From positions 1 through 45,285 of the forward strand of contig JADHYN010000007.1 of assembly GCA_016782425.1 (NCBI GenBank): DNA of 45,285 bases. The letters are read 5' to 3'. The notes beneath the pieces are model-generated. The model had not been told where the DNA came from and made no database searches. It saw only the letters and a list, made by a program, of their open reading frames with translations. Made by a program: the position numbers and the translations under genes. The DNA is from Candidatus Omnitrophota bacterium (GTDB lineage: Bacteria > Omnitrophota > Gorgyraeia > JABMRN01 > RBG-13-46-9). Positions 37,559 to 45,285 of the stretch are shown in pieces (the first letter of the stretch is position 1; every line of letters begins with the position of its first letter).

Positions 37559-38359
37559 ATGGAACGAATAGGCCTTATAGCCGGCGGCGGCCAGCTGCCT
37601 GTAATTCTAGCGAAGGACGCGCGCAAAAAAGGCGTAAAAGTCATAGGCTTTGCCATAAAGAAAATGGCTTCACCCGATTTAGACGCAGCCTGTGACAGGG
37701 TTCACTGGTTTGACTTAAGCCAGGTTAATAAATTTTTCTTCATGCTCATCATTGAACGCGTCAAAAAAATTGTTATGTTAGGCAAAGTTGACAAAACCAT
37801 TATCTATGAAGGTATCAAAAAAGGCGATAAGGGGCTAAACCGTTTTAAGGGGCTGGAAGACAAGAGCGATTATGCTGTTCTTGATAAAATTACGTCCGAA
37901 TTTGAAAAAAAAGGAATAAAAGTGATAAGCGGCATCGAATACTTATCGGATCTTTTCCCGCAGGAAGGCGTCTTAACGAAAAAAGAGCCTTCGAAAAAAG
38001 AACAGGAAGACATATCCTTTGGTTTTAAAATGGCCAAAGAAATAGCCCGGCTCGACATCGGCCAGACGATCGTTATTAAGGATAAAACTGTTGTGAGCGT
38101 TGAGGCGATGGAGGGAACCGACAAGACCATCGAAAGAGCCGCGAAGCTTTGCGGGGAAGGATTTGTCGTAGTCAAAACATCCAGGCCAGAGCAGGATATG
38201 AGATGGGATGTGCCTGCCATCGGCCCGGAGACCATCAAGCAAATAGCCGACTCAAGAGGCGCTGTCCTGGCCCTGGAAGCGAAAAAAATGTTTCTTGTGG
38301 ATAAAGAAGCCTGTGTTAAACTTGCCGACAACAATAATCTATCTATTGTCGTAATATAA
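37559..38359 (+). CDS. lpxI: UDP-2,3-diacylglucosamine diphosphatase LpxI (DUF1009)
   Basis: IGLIAGGGQLPV N-terminus, DIGQTIVIKD..VVSVEAMEGTD, and lipid A gene context. Confidence 0.75.
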   Translation: MERIGLIAGGGQLPVILAKDARKKGVKVIGFAIKKMASPDLDAACDRVHWFDLSQVNKFFFMLIIERVKKIVMLGKVDKTIIYEGIKKGDKGLNRFKGLEDKSDYAVLDKITSEFEKKGIKVISGIEYLSDLFPQEGVLTKKEPSKKEQEDISFGFKMAKEIARLDIGQTIVIKDKTVVSVEAMEGTDKTIERAAKLCGEGFVVVKTSRPEQDMRWDVPAIGPETIKQIADSRGAVLALEAKKMFLVDKEACVKLADNNNLSIVVI

Positions 38360-38363
38360 CCGC

Positions 38364-39491
38364 TTACTTCCTCGTGAAGCTATCCACTATGCGCGCAGCG
38401 CGTAAAGATGCCCCGGATGTTCCAAGCATGCTCTTTACCCACCGTAAGTCTTGAATCTGTTTTTCCATCTTTTCTTTTGAAGAAACGATTGTTAAGATTT
38501 CACGCGCAAGTCTTTTAGGGCGAGCGTCGTACTGAAGGATTTCGGGGGCGATTTCGCATTTAGCTATTATATTCACAAGCCCTATAAAGGGCGTCTTTGC
38601 GAAAATTTTAAATAATAAAGACGTCAGAAACGACGTCTTATAAGTAATAAGCATGGGACGCTCCATTGCAGCGCTTTCCAATGTTGCTGTTCCGGAAGTG
38701 ATAAAAACAAAATGAGACAAGGATAAACACCCGTATATATTGTCCTTGATCACGGCAAGAGGAAGCTTTGCGTTTTGCAGTATTTTACCGTAAGTATCCT
38801 CACTCACGCTCGAACTTTTTAAGAGGATAAATTGCGCGTCTTTTTCTTTCAATATAAGACGGGCTGTCTTTAGCATAAGAGGAAGTATGTTTGCGACCTC
38901 GGATTCTCTTGATCCCGGCAGGAGCGCGATTGTAAATTTATCCACGTCAAGATTTAATGTTTTACGGTCAAGCGGCGCCTGGGGAATTTCCCGATCCAGG
39001 AGCGGGTGTCCCACAAAAGTCGCGTCGATGCCGTACTCCTTAAAAAGGTCTTCCTCGAATTTCAGTATTACTATCGCTTTATCGACGCATTTTTTGATCG
39101 TATAAACCCTGGATTTCCACCACGCCCACACCTGCGGTGTAATATAGTAAATAACGGAGACCTTTCTTTTTTTCAGAAGCTTTGCCAGCGTCAGGTTGAA
39201 TCCAGGATAATCGACAAGAATTGCGATATCGGGCGGCGTTTGGGCAATCCTATCCGTAATTTTTTTATAAGCAAGACGTATTTCTTTTAATTTTGCAAAA
39301 ACTTCAAATATACCGATAATAGAAAGTTTTTCCATTCTTTCTACAAGTTCTACACCGGCATCCTGCATTTTTTTACCGCCGATACCGAAAAAGTTCAAAT
39401 CCGGATTTAGTTTTTTTAGATTCTTTACGAGATTGGCGGCGTGCGTGTCACCGGAAGCCTCTCCGGCGGTTATGAGGATAGTTTTTTTCAT
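38364..39491 (-). CDS. lpxB: lipid-A-disaccharide synthase
   Basis: ILITAGEASGD.HAANL..L and YYI.PQVWAW. Confidence 0.9.
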   Translation of the reverse strand: MKKTILITAGEASGDTHAANLVKNLKKLNPDLNFFGIGGKKMQDAGVELVERMEKLSIIGIFEVFAKLKEIRLAYKKITDRIAQTPPDIAILVDYPGFNLTLAKLLKKRKVSVIYYITPQVWAWWKSRVYTIKKCVDKAIVILKFEEDLFKEYGIDATFVGHPLLDREIPQAPLDRKTLNLDVDKFTIALLPGSRESEVANILPLMLKTARLILKEKDAQFILLKSSSVSEDTYGKILQNAKLPLAVIKDNIYGCLSLSHFVFITSGTATLESAAMERPMLITYKTSFLTSLLFKIFAKTPFIGLVNIIAKCEIAPEILQYDARPKRLAREILTIVSSKEKMEKQIQDLRWVKSMLGTSGASLRAARIVDSFTRK

Positions 39492-40417
39492 TTCTTAGAG
39501 AGTTCGATTTTTTCCAGAATATCCATCGCTACGCTGAGAGCGGATTTTCCCTCGATTCCCGAGACAAGGGGTTTGGTGTTATTCTGAATGCAGGCTATGA
39601 AGGACTTTAGCTCCTGTTTAAGGGGCTCTCTTTTTTCTATTCTTATTTTTTTCTTAAGAACTTTATTGCCTTTTTTTCTGACTACCTGCGCGACGTGATG
39701 AAGGTAATCCATGACGATATATGAGTCTTTTTGGGATATTTTTATTTTTCGAATTTCTTCTTTTGTTACACGGCTTGCGGTAATGTCGGCAATCGTGCCG
39801 TTTTTAAAAGTAAGGCGCACGTTAGCTATATCCTCGTAGGGCGAAATAGTACTTATGCCGACAGCCTCTATGCTTTCAACCTCAGAGTCGACCAGGGAGA
39901 GTATAATGTCTATGTCGTGTATCATGAGGTCCAGAACAACGCCCACGTCTTTCACGCGCTTCTTTTTTTTGTAAGGGCCCGCCCTGTGGCTCTCTATAAA
40001 ACGGGGATTTTTAAGAAACGGTTCCACTGCCCGCACCACCGGATTGAACCTTTCAATGTGCCCTACCTGTAAGATAAGATTCTTAGAATCGGCAATATCA
40101 ATAAGTTCCTGCGCTTCGTCCACGGTTTCCGTGATAGGTTTTTCTATCAAGACGTGGATATTGTTATCCAGGAATTCCTTGGCGATTCTATAGTGCAGGT
40201 TTGTGGGGACGGCGATGCTTACGGCGTCTACTTTATCGAATAGCGTGTGGTAATCCGGAAAATACCAGACCCTGCGCTTTTTTGCCACTTTCTTGGCGTG
40301 TTTCTTGTCTATATCACAAACGCAGACGAGATTAACGTTCCTTAGCTGCGAATATACGCGCGCGTGCAGGGCTCCGAGATACCCCACGCCTACAACGCCT
40401 ACATTAACATTGACCAT
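39488..40417 (-). CDS. Gfo/Idh/MocA-family NAD-dependent oxidoreductase
   Basis: N-terminal Rossmann motif VGVVGVGYLG and EKP in the mid-region. It overlaps the lpxB start by 4 nt. Confidence 0.75.
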   Translation of the reverse strand: MVNVNVGVVGVGYLGALHARVYSQLRNVNLVCVCDIDKKHAKKVAKKRRVWYFPDYHTLFDKVDAVSIAVPTNLHYRIAKEFLDNNIHVLIEKPITETVDEAQELIDIADSKNLILQVGHIERFNPVVRAVEPFLKNPRFIESHRAGPYKKKKRVKDVGVVLDLMIHDIDIILSLVDSEVESIEAVGISTISPYEDIANVRLTFKNGTIADITASRVTKEEIRKIKISQKDSYIVMDYLHHVAQVVRKKGNKVLKKKIRIEKREPLKQELKSFIACIQNNTKPLVSGIEGKSALSVAMDILEKIELSKK

Positions 40418-40575
40418 TTTACACGTCCTTTTTTAATCATGAAACCCAATTCTATCACACCAGACTTCTTATATCAAGCGCTTTAACTGCAAAACCACAA
40501 AAGGGCCGCAAAGGCGCAAAATTATTCGTCTTTTGCATCTTCGCGGTATTTTTGCGTTTTTGCGTTATTTTTTCC

Positions 40576-40604
40576 TCGACAAAAGGTATTATATATGATA
40601 ATAT
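40576..40604 (+). promoter_or_regulatory. putative sigma70 promoter for msbA
   Basis: TCGACA, a 17-nt spacer, then TAATAT. The implied transcription start would exclude ATG 40608. Confidence 0.35.
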
Positions 40605-40652
40605 TTTATGCTACAATCGCGCCTCAAAAAGGCGTATTTACAGGGTAGAACT

Positions 40653-42473
40653 ATGCATAAAGACATAAAAGATTACAAAAGACTCCTGGGGTTTGTAAGG
40701 CCCCATTTGTGGGTATTGGTGATGGCGTTTATCTCGATGCTTGGATACAGCGCTTTAAACGGCCTGTCACCCACAGCGCTCATACCGGCGATCGATAACC
40801 TTATAAGCGGAAAGGGGATAATGATCCCTTCGCATGTCAATGCGCCGCATTTTATTGCAGCACTCGTAAACGCAATAAACGCTTTCCCTCCGGCACGCCT
40901 TATGACAGTGCTTCTTATGGCAGGGGTCGCATTTTTCGCCTTTAGGTGCTTATTTGATTTTATACAAGTGTACTTGATGAACGATGTGAGTCAAAGAGTT
41001 GTAAGAGACTTAAAAGACGCCATATACAAAAAACTCTTATCGTTATCCATGCATTTTTACAGCAAAAACCCCACCCCACAACTCATGTCCCGCATAACGT
41101 ATGACACAAGCATAATAAGGGATACGATAAGCACGAATTTCCTTGATCTCATCCTAAGGCCCCTGGAAATCGCCAGCCACCTGGCGGTCGCCATAGCGAT
41201 TGTATTTATTTTCGGTATACCGCTTAACTTCATATTAACAAGTATAATTCTTTTTCCCTGCATACTCCTTCCCGCGGTTATAATTTCCTCGAGGCTTCGC
41301 AAGATAACAACAAGGGGCCAGGAGAAAATGGGGGATATAAACACGATTCTTTTTGAGATAATAACCGGGATGCGCATCGTGAAGGCTTTCTCAATGCAGA
41401 AGTATGAGTATGCGAAGTTTAAAGAAGAAAACCGCCGTTTTTATAAATTAGCCATGAAGGCTGTAAAAAGGATTAATATCGTAAGTCCGATAAACGAGAT
41501 GACGAGCGCTATATATTTCGTAATAATTATTTACCTGGCGTATAAGCAGATCGCAGCAGGGCTTCTTTCATGGGGTTCTTTTACGGTTTTTTCAGCCTCG
41601 ATTCTTTTGATGATAAAACCGATGAAACGTTTGGGCAAAGTATACGCTACCATACAACAGTCTTTAGCTGCGGCGACAAGAATTTTCAGTGTTTTGGATG
41701 CCGAAGAGCAAATTAAAGAGAAAAAGGGAGCCATTGCGTTTCCGACGATGTCCAGGGGCATATCATTTGAGAATGTATGGTTTAAATACGATGACGAGCA
41801 CATCCTGAAAGATATAAAGCTGCACGCAAAGAAGGGTGAAATCGTCGCTATCGTAGGCCCGAGCGGCGCGGGGAAAACCACACTCGTTAATTTGATAGCC
41901 AGATTTTATGACCCATCCGAAGGGTATGTAAAAATGGACGGCCAAGACTTAAAAGAAGGGACCCTTAAATCTATAAGAAGACAAATAGGGGTCGTGACCC
42001 AGGAGATGCTTCTTTTTAATGATACCGTTACAGTCAATGTTACCTATGGCAGCAAGAATTTTTCCAAAGACGATGTTATAAGAGCGGCAAAAATTGCCAA
42101 TGCACATGACTTTATCACGAACTTACCAAAAGGGTATGATACTGTTGTGGGAGAGAAAGGGTTCAGAATATCAGGCGGCGAGAGGCAAAGGCTTGCCATA
42201 GCAAGGGCCATATTCAAAAATCCGCCTATTCTTATTTTTGATGAGGCAACCTCTCAACTGGACACCGAATCCGAAAGATACGTACAGGAGGCCATAGACC
42301 GCCTGATGAAAGGAAGAACCGTTTTTGTTATCGCGCACAGGTTAAGTACCATAAAACACGCAACCAAAATAGTTGTACTGGACAAAGGCAGGATTGTGAA
42401 TATTGGCGCGCATGATGAGCTCATGGAAAGAGGAGGCATATATAAGAGATTATACGATATGCAGTTTGTTTGA
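40653..42473 (+). CDS. msbA: lipid A export ABC transporter permease/ATPase (MsbA-like)
   Basis: Six-TM ABC exporter domain, Walker A GPSGAGKTT, signature ISGGERQR and Walker B ILIFDEATS. The start could be 40653 or 40608. Confidence 0.8.
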   Translation: MHKDIKDYKRLLGFVRPHLWVLVMAFISMLGYSALNGLSPTALIPAIDNLISGKGIMIPSHVNAPHFIAALVNAINAFPPARLMTVLLMAGVAFFAFRCLFDFIQVYLMNDVSQRVVRDLKDAIYKKLLSLSMHFYSKNPTPQLMSRITYDTSIIRDTISTNFLDLILRPLEIASHLAVAIAIVFIFGIPLNFILTSIILFPCILLPAVIISSRLRKITTRGQEKMGDINTILFEIITGMRIVKAFSMQKYEYAKFKEENRRFYKLAMKAVKRINIVSPINEMTSAIYFVIIIYLAYKQIAAGLLSWGSFTVFSASILLMIKPMKRLGKVYATIQQSLAAATRIFSVLDAEEQIKEKKGAIAFPTMSRGISFENVWFKYDDEHILKDIKLHAKKGEIVAIVGPSGAGKTTLVNLIARFYDPSEGYVKMDGQDLKEGTLKSIRRQIGVVTQEMLLFNDTVTVNVTYGSKNFSKDDVIRAAKIANAHDFITNLPKGYDTVVGEKGFRISGGERQRLAIARAIFKNPPILIFDEATSQLDTESERYVQEAIDRLMKGRTVFVIAHRLSTIKHATKIVVLDKGRIVNIGAHDELMERGGIYKRLYDMQFV

Positions 42474-42484
42474 TAGATAAACAG

Positions 42485-42514
42485 TTGACACAAAGTGATT
42501 GGTAAATGTAATAA
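42485..42514 (+). promoter_or_regulatory. putative sigma70 promoter for rpsB-tsf
   Basis: TTGACA (42485-42490), a 17-18 nt spacer, then GTAATA/TAATAA. Confidence 0.4.
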
Positions 42515-42541
42515 TAGGACAATACAGGGAGGCAAAGCTAA

Positions 42542-43399
42542 ATGACGACAAAAAAAGAAACAATTTTAATTAAACAATTGCTGGAGGCAGGGGTTCATTT
42601 TGGCCACCAGACAAGAAAGTGGAACCCCAAAATGGAGAAATTCATATTTGGCAAGAAAGAAGGTATATATATCATAGACCTTGAGAAAAGTGCCAAATGC
42701 CTACTTGATGCCTGCAATTTTTTAAATGAAGTAGCAACCGCGGGCAGTTATATCCTGTTTGTGGGGACCAAAAAGCAGGCCAAAACCATCATAAAGGAAG
42801 AAGCCGAGAAATGCAACATGTTCTACGTGAATCAGAGATGGCTCGGTGGTACCCTTACAAATTTTCTTACCATAAGGAAAAGCATAAAGAAGCTAGAATC
42901 TTTCGAAAAAATGAAAGAAGACGGCACCTACGAGAACATCTCGAAGAAAGAACGATCAATGATAGACAAAAAAATCGCCAAATTATTAAAAAACTTAGAA
43001 GGTATCAGAAAAATGGACCGATTGCCGGGAGCCCTATTTGTTGTAGACTGCAAAAAAGAGGGGATCGCTGTGCACGAAGCCAACAAGCTCTCTATACCCG
43101 TTGTGGCCCTGGCAGATACTGACTGCGATCCTGACAAAATAAATTACGTTATTCCGGGTAATGACGATGCCATGAAATCCATAAGCTTCGTAGCATCGCA
43201 TGCTTCTAAAAGCGTTCTCGAAGGCAAAAACCAATTTACCGCAGGCAAAAAAGATATAGAGACGGAAAAGGAAGCATCGAAACCGAAAGAGCCGAAAAAA
43301 GACGCCGATGCAAAAGAAACCGAAAGCCCGATAAAAGGTGACATAAGGATGGGGAAGGCTACGCAAGAAAAAAAAGAAAAGCAAGTAAAGAACGGTTAA
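42542..43399 (+). CDS. rpsB: 30S ribosomal protein S2 with a K/E-rich C-terminal extension
   Basis: LLEAGVHFGHQTRKWNPKM, followed by a tail of about 50 aa. Confidence 0.95.
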   Translation: MTTKKETILIKQLLEAGVHFGHQTRKWNPKMEKFIFGKKEGIYIIDLEKSAKCLLDACNFLNEVATAGSYILFVGTKKQAKTIIKEEAEKCNMFYVNQRWLGGTLTNFLTIRKSIKKLESFEKMKEDGTYENISKKERSMIDKKIAKLLKNLEGIRKMDRLPGALFVVDCKKEGIAVHEANKLSIPVVALADTDCDPDKINYVIPGNDDAMKSISFVASHASKSVLEGKNQFTAGKKDIETEKEASKPKEPKKDADAKETESPIKGDIRMGKATQEKKEKQVKNG

Positions 43400-43420
43400 A
43401 GTAAGGAAGGGAAGATTCAT

Positions 43421-44005
43421 ATGACAGATGCTATCAGGAAACTCAGAGAAAAAACATCAGCCGGGATCATGGATTGCAAAAAAGCGCTTAAAGAAGCCGC
43501 AGGAAACATAGAGAAAGCAATCGAGATACTAAGAAAAAAAGGAATTAAACTCGCTACCCTTAAAAGCGGACGCGCCGCGCGCGAGGGACGCATAGAAAGC
43601 TATATCCATTCAAATGCGAAAATCGGCGTTCTGGTTGAAATTAACTGCGAGACGGATTTTGTAGGGCGAAACGAAAACTTTAAACAGTTCGTAAAAGACG
43701 TATGCATGCAAATCGCGGCATCAAAACCAGAATACGTGAAAAGGGAAGATGTCCCGGAAGGCGTATTGAGAAAGGAAAAAGAAATTCTATCAGCCACCAT
43801 AAAAAATAAACCAAAACCCGCGCTGGAAAAAATTCTGGAAGGTAAGCTGGAAAAATTCTACGAAGAAAGTTGCCTTCTGGAGCAGCCTTTTATCAGGGAT
43901 CCGAAAGTAAAAATTAAAGACCAGCTTCACTCGCTTATAGCAAAGATAGGGGAGAACATCGTTATAAGAAGGTTCGTCCGCTATCAGTTGGGCGAAGATA
44001 TATGA
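43421..44005 (+). CDS. tsf: elongation factor Ts (short form)
   Basis: LREKT.AG.MDCKKAL.EA.G..EKA...LRKKG. 194 aa. Confidence 0.9.
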   Translation: MTDAIRKLREKTSAGIMDCKKALKEAAGNIEKAIEILRKKGIKLATLKSGRAAREGRIESYIHSNAKIGVLVEINCETDFVGRNENFKQFVKDVCMQIAASKPEYVKREDVPEGVLRKEKEILSATIKNKPKPALEKILEGKLEKFYEESCLLEQPFIRDPKVKIKDQLHSLIAKIGENIVIRRFVRYQLGEDI

Positions 44006-44718
44006 GCAAAGCAAAATATAAAAGAATAGTACTGAAAATAAGCGGCGAGGCGCTTCAGGGAAAAAAGGGGCACGGGATTGATCCCGACGTAATCCTTTCG
44101 ATTGCCAGGCGCATTAAGGAAGTAAAAGACCTCGGCGTAGAAGTCGCTGTTGTTATAGGCGGCGGAAACATTTTTAGGGGACTGAAAGCCGCCACGCAGA
44201 ATGGGATGGACCGCGCTATCGCCGATTACATGGGAATGCTCGCCACGGTTCTTAATGGCCTGGCACTTCAGGATGCGTTGGAAAGAGTAGGAGTTTTTAC
44301 GCGTGTCCAGACTGCCATAGAGATGCAGGAGCTGGCGGAACCTTTTATAAGAAGAAGAGCGATCAGGCATTTAGAGAAAAAAAGGGTTGTCATATTTGTT
44401 TGCGGAACGGGGAATCCGTATTTTACCACTGACACCACCGCTGCGTTACGCGCCACTGAAATCGGCGCCGATATTATTTTTAAAGCCACGAAAGTAAACG
44501 GTGTTTATACAAAAGACCCGGTAAAATATAAAAACGCGAAAAAATTTGACAAAATAAAATATCTCGATATCTTGAAGAAGGGGTTAAAGGTTATGGATGC
44601 CACGGCAATAAGTTTATGCATGGATAATAACCTGCCCATCATCATTTTTAACATAAATAAAGAAGGAAACATAAAGAAAGCCGTTATGGGCAAAAAAGTA
44701 GGGACGCTAGTCTCTTAA
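44002..44718 (+). CDS. pyrH: UMP kinase
   Basis: [13 protein letters not shown] and [15 protein letters not shown] overlap with tsf. Confidence 0.95.
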   Translation: MSKAKYKRIVLKISGEALQGKKGHGIDPDVILSIARRIKEVKDLGVEVAVVIGGGNIFRGLKAATQNGMDRAIADYMGMLATVLNGLALQDALERVGVFTRVQTAIEMQELAEPFIRRRAIRHLEKKRVVIFVCGTGNPYFTTDTTAALRATEIGADIIFKATKVNGVYTKDPVKYKNAKKFDKIKYLDILKKGLKVMDATAISLCMDNNLPIIIFNINKEGNIKKAVMGKKVGTLVS

Positions 44719-44734
44719 ATAGGGGGTGATTTTT

Positions 44735-45285
44735 TTGGCTTCTACAGCGCAGGAAATATTAAAGGATGTGGAAAGTAAAATGAAAAAAACAGTTGAGGCC
44801 ACTGAAAGGGAATTTTCTACCATACGAACCGGCAGGGCTAACACAAGCCTTGTTGAGGGGATAAAGGTTAACTGCTATGATACATCAATGGCCCTGAGGC
44901 AATTAGCGGGCATCTCCACGCCGGAACCGCGCCTTATTGTTATTCAACCCTGGGATCGCTCCATATTGGGTGAAATCGAGAAGGCCATCATGACATCGGA
45001 ACTCGGAATTACGCCGAATAACGACGGTAAGCTTATACGAATATCCATTCCCATACTCACAAAAGAGCGAAGAGATGAATTAGCTAAAGTTCTTAAAAAA
45101 ATCACAGAAGAAGGAAAAGTCTCCTTGCGTACGGCAAGACGCGTTGCCAACGATGAAATCGAAAAACTGGAAAAGGACAAAGCAATTACAGAAGACGATA
45201 AATTCAAACATAAAGACCAGATTCAAAAGCTCATTGACAAGCATTCAAGCGAAATTGATAAACATTTAGCCAGTAAAGAAAAAGA
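44735..45285 (+). CDS. frr: ribosome recycling factor (3' partial by a few codons), absent from the track
   Basis: Hand translation from TTG 44735: MASTAQEILKDVESKMKKTVEATEREFSTIRTGRANTSLVEGIKV...ISTPEPRLIVIQPWD. AGGGGG lies 8 nt upstream. The alternative start is ATG 44780. Confidence 0.85.
   Translation, partial: MASTAQEILKDVESKMKKTVEATEREFSTIRTGRANTSLVEGIKVNCYDTSMALRQLAGISTPEPRLIVIQPWDRSILGEIEKAIMTSELGITPNNDGKLIRISIPILTKERRDELAKVLKKITEEGKVSLRTARRVANDEIEKLEKDKAITEDDKFKHKDQIQKLIDKHSSEIDKHLASKEK

Overview
This 45.3-kb window is an AT-rich, densely packed core-genome region, almost all coded on the + strand. It comes from a diderm bacterium, since BamA, Skp, LpxD, LpxC, FabZ, LpxI, LpxB and MsbA are all present. 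I see no recognisable defence island, prophage, transposase, CRISPR-Cas locus or secondary-metabolite cluster.

Gene content, in order:
- RnfB-like Fe-S protein (5' partial) and thioredoxin.
- A carbamoyltransferase / SxtJ-like / DUF5989-like trio.
- purN, eno, ftsB and an initiator-type tRNA-Met.
- A 0.6-kb non-coding island.
- purB-purC-purM-purD-purE, then tsaC, an LMW phosphatase, rpiB, glyA, dCMP deaminase and nrdR.
- A 0.55-kb palindrome-rich convergent spacer.
- A PpiD-like chaperone on the - strand.
- hisG flanked by two tiny, very basic ORFs.
- A TPR protein.
- A split transketolase interrupted by an FtsH-like protease gene and a lipoprotein gene.
- ispE, spoVG, tRNA-Gln, glmU, prs, rplY, pth, then rpsF-ssb-rpsR-rplI-dnaB.
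- The outer-membrane / lipid A cluster.
- rpsB-tsf-pyrH-frr (3' partial).

Features the six-frame track misses or gets wrong:
- A 52-aa DUF5989-like ORF.
- A 31-aa bS22 (AURKAIP1/COX24)-like ORF.
- A 43-aa basic ORF in the hisG leader.
- A 56-aa TTG-started ORF.
- The frr ORF.
- Several over-extended start codons: trxA, purC, purD, prs, msbA and ppiD.

The most unexplained signals are non-coding or architectural:
- A repeated GC-rich hairpin family; one copy covers the purD ribosome-binding site.
- Two palindromic, MITE-like modules between nrdR and ppiD.
- An exact 18-nt leader shared by two Shine-Dalgarno-less genes.
- A zinc-ribbon insertion inside SpoVG.
- The interrupted transketolase operon.

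All functional calls come from reading motifs in the translations. No database search was run.
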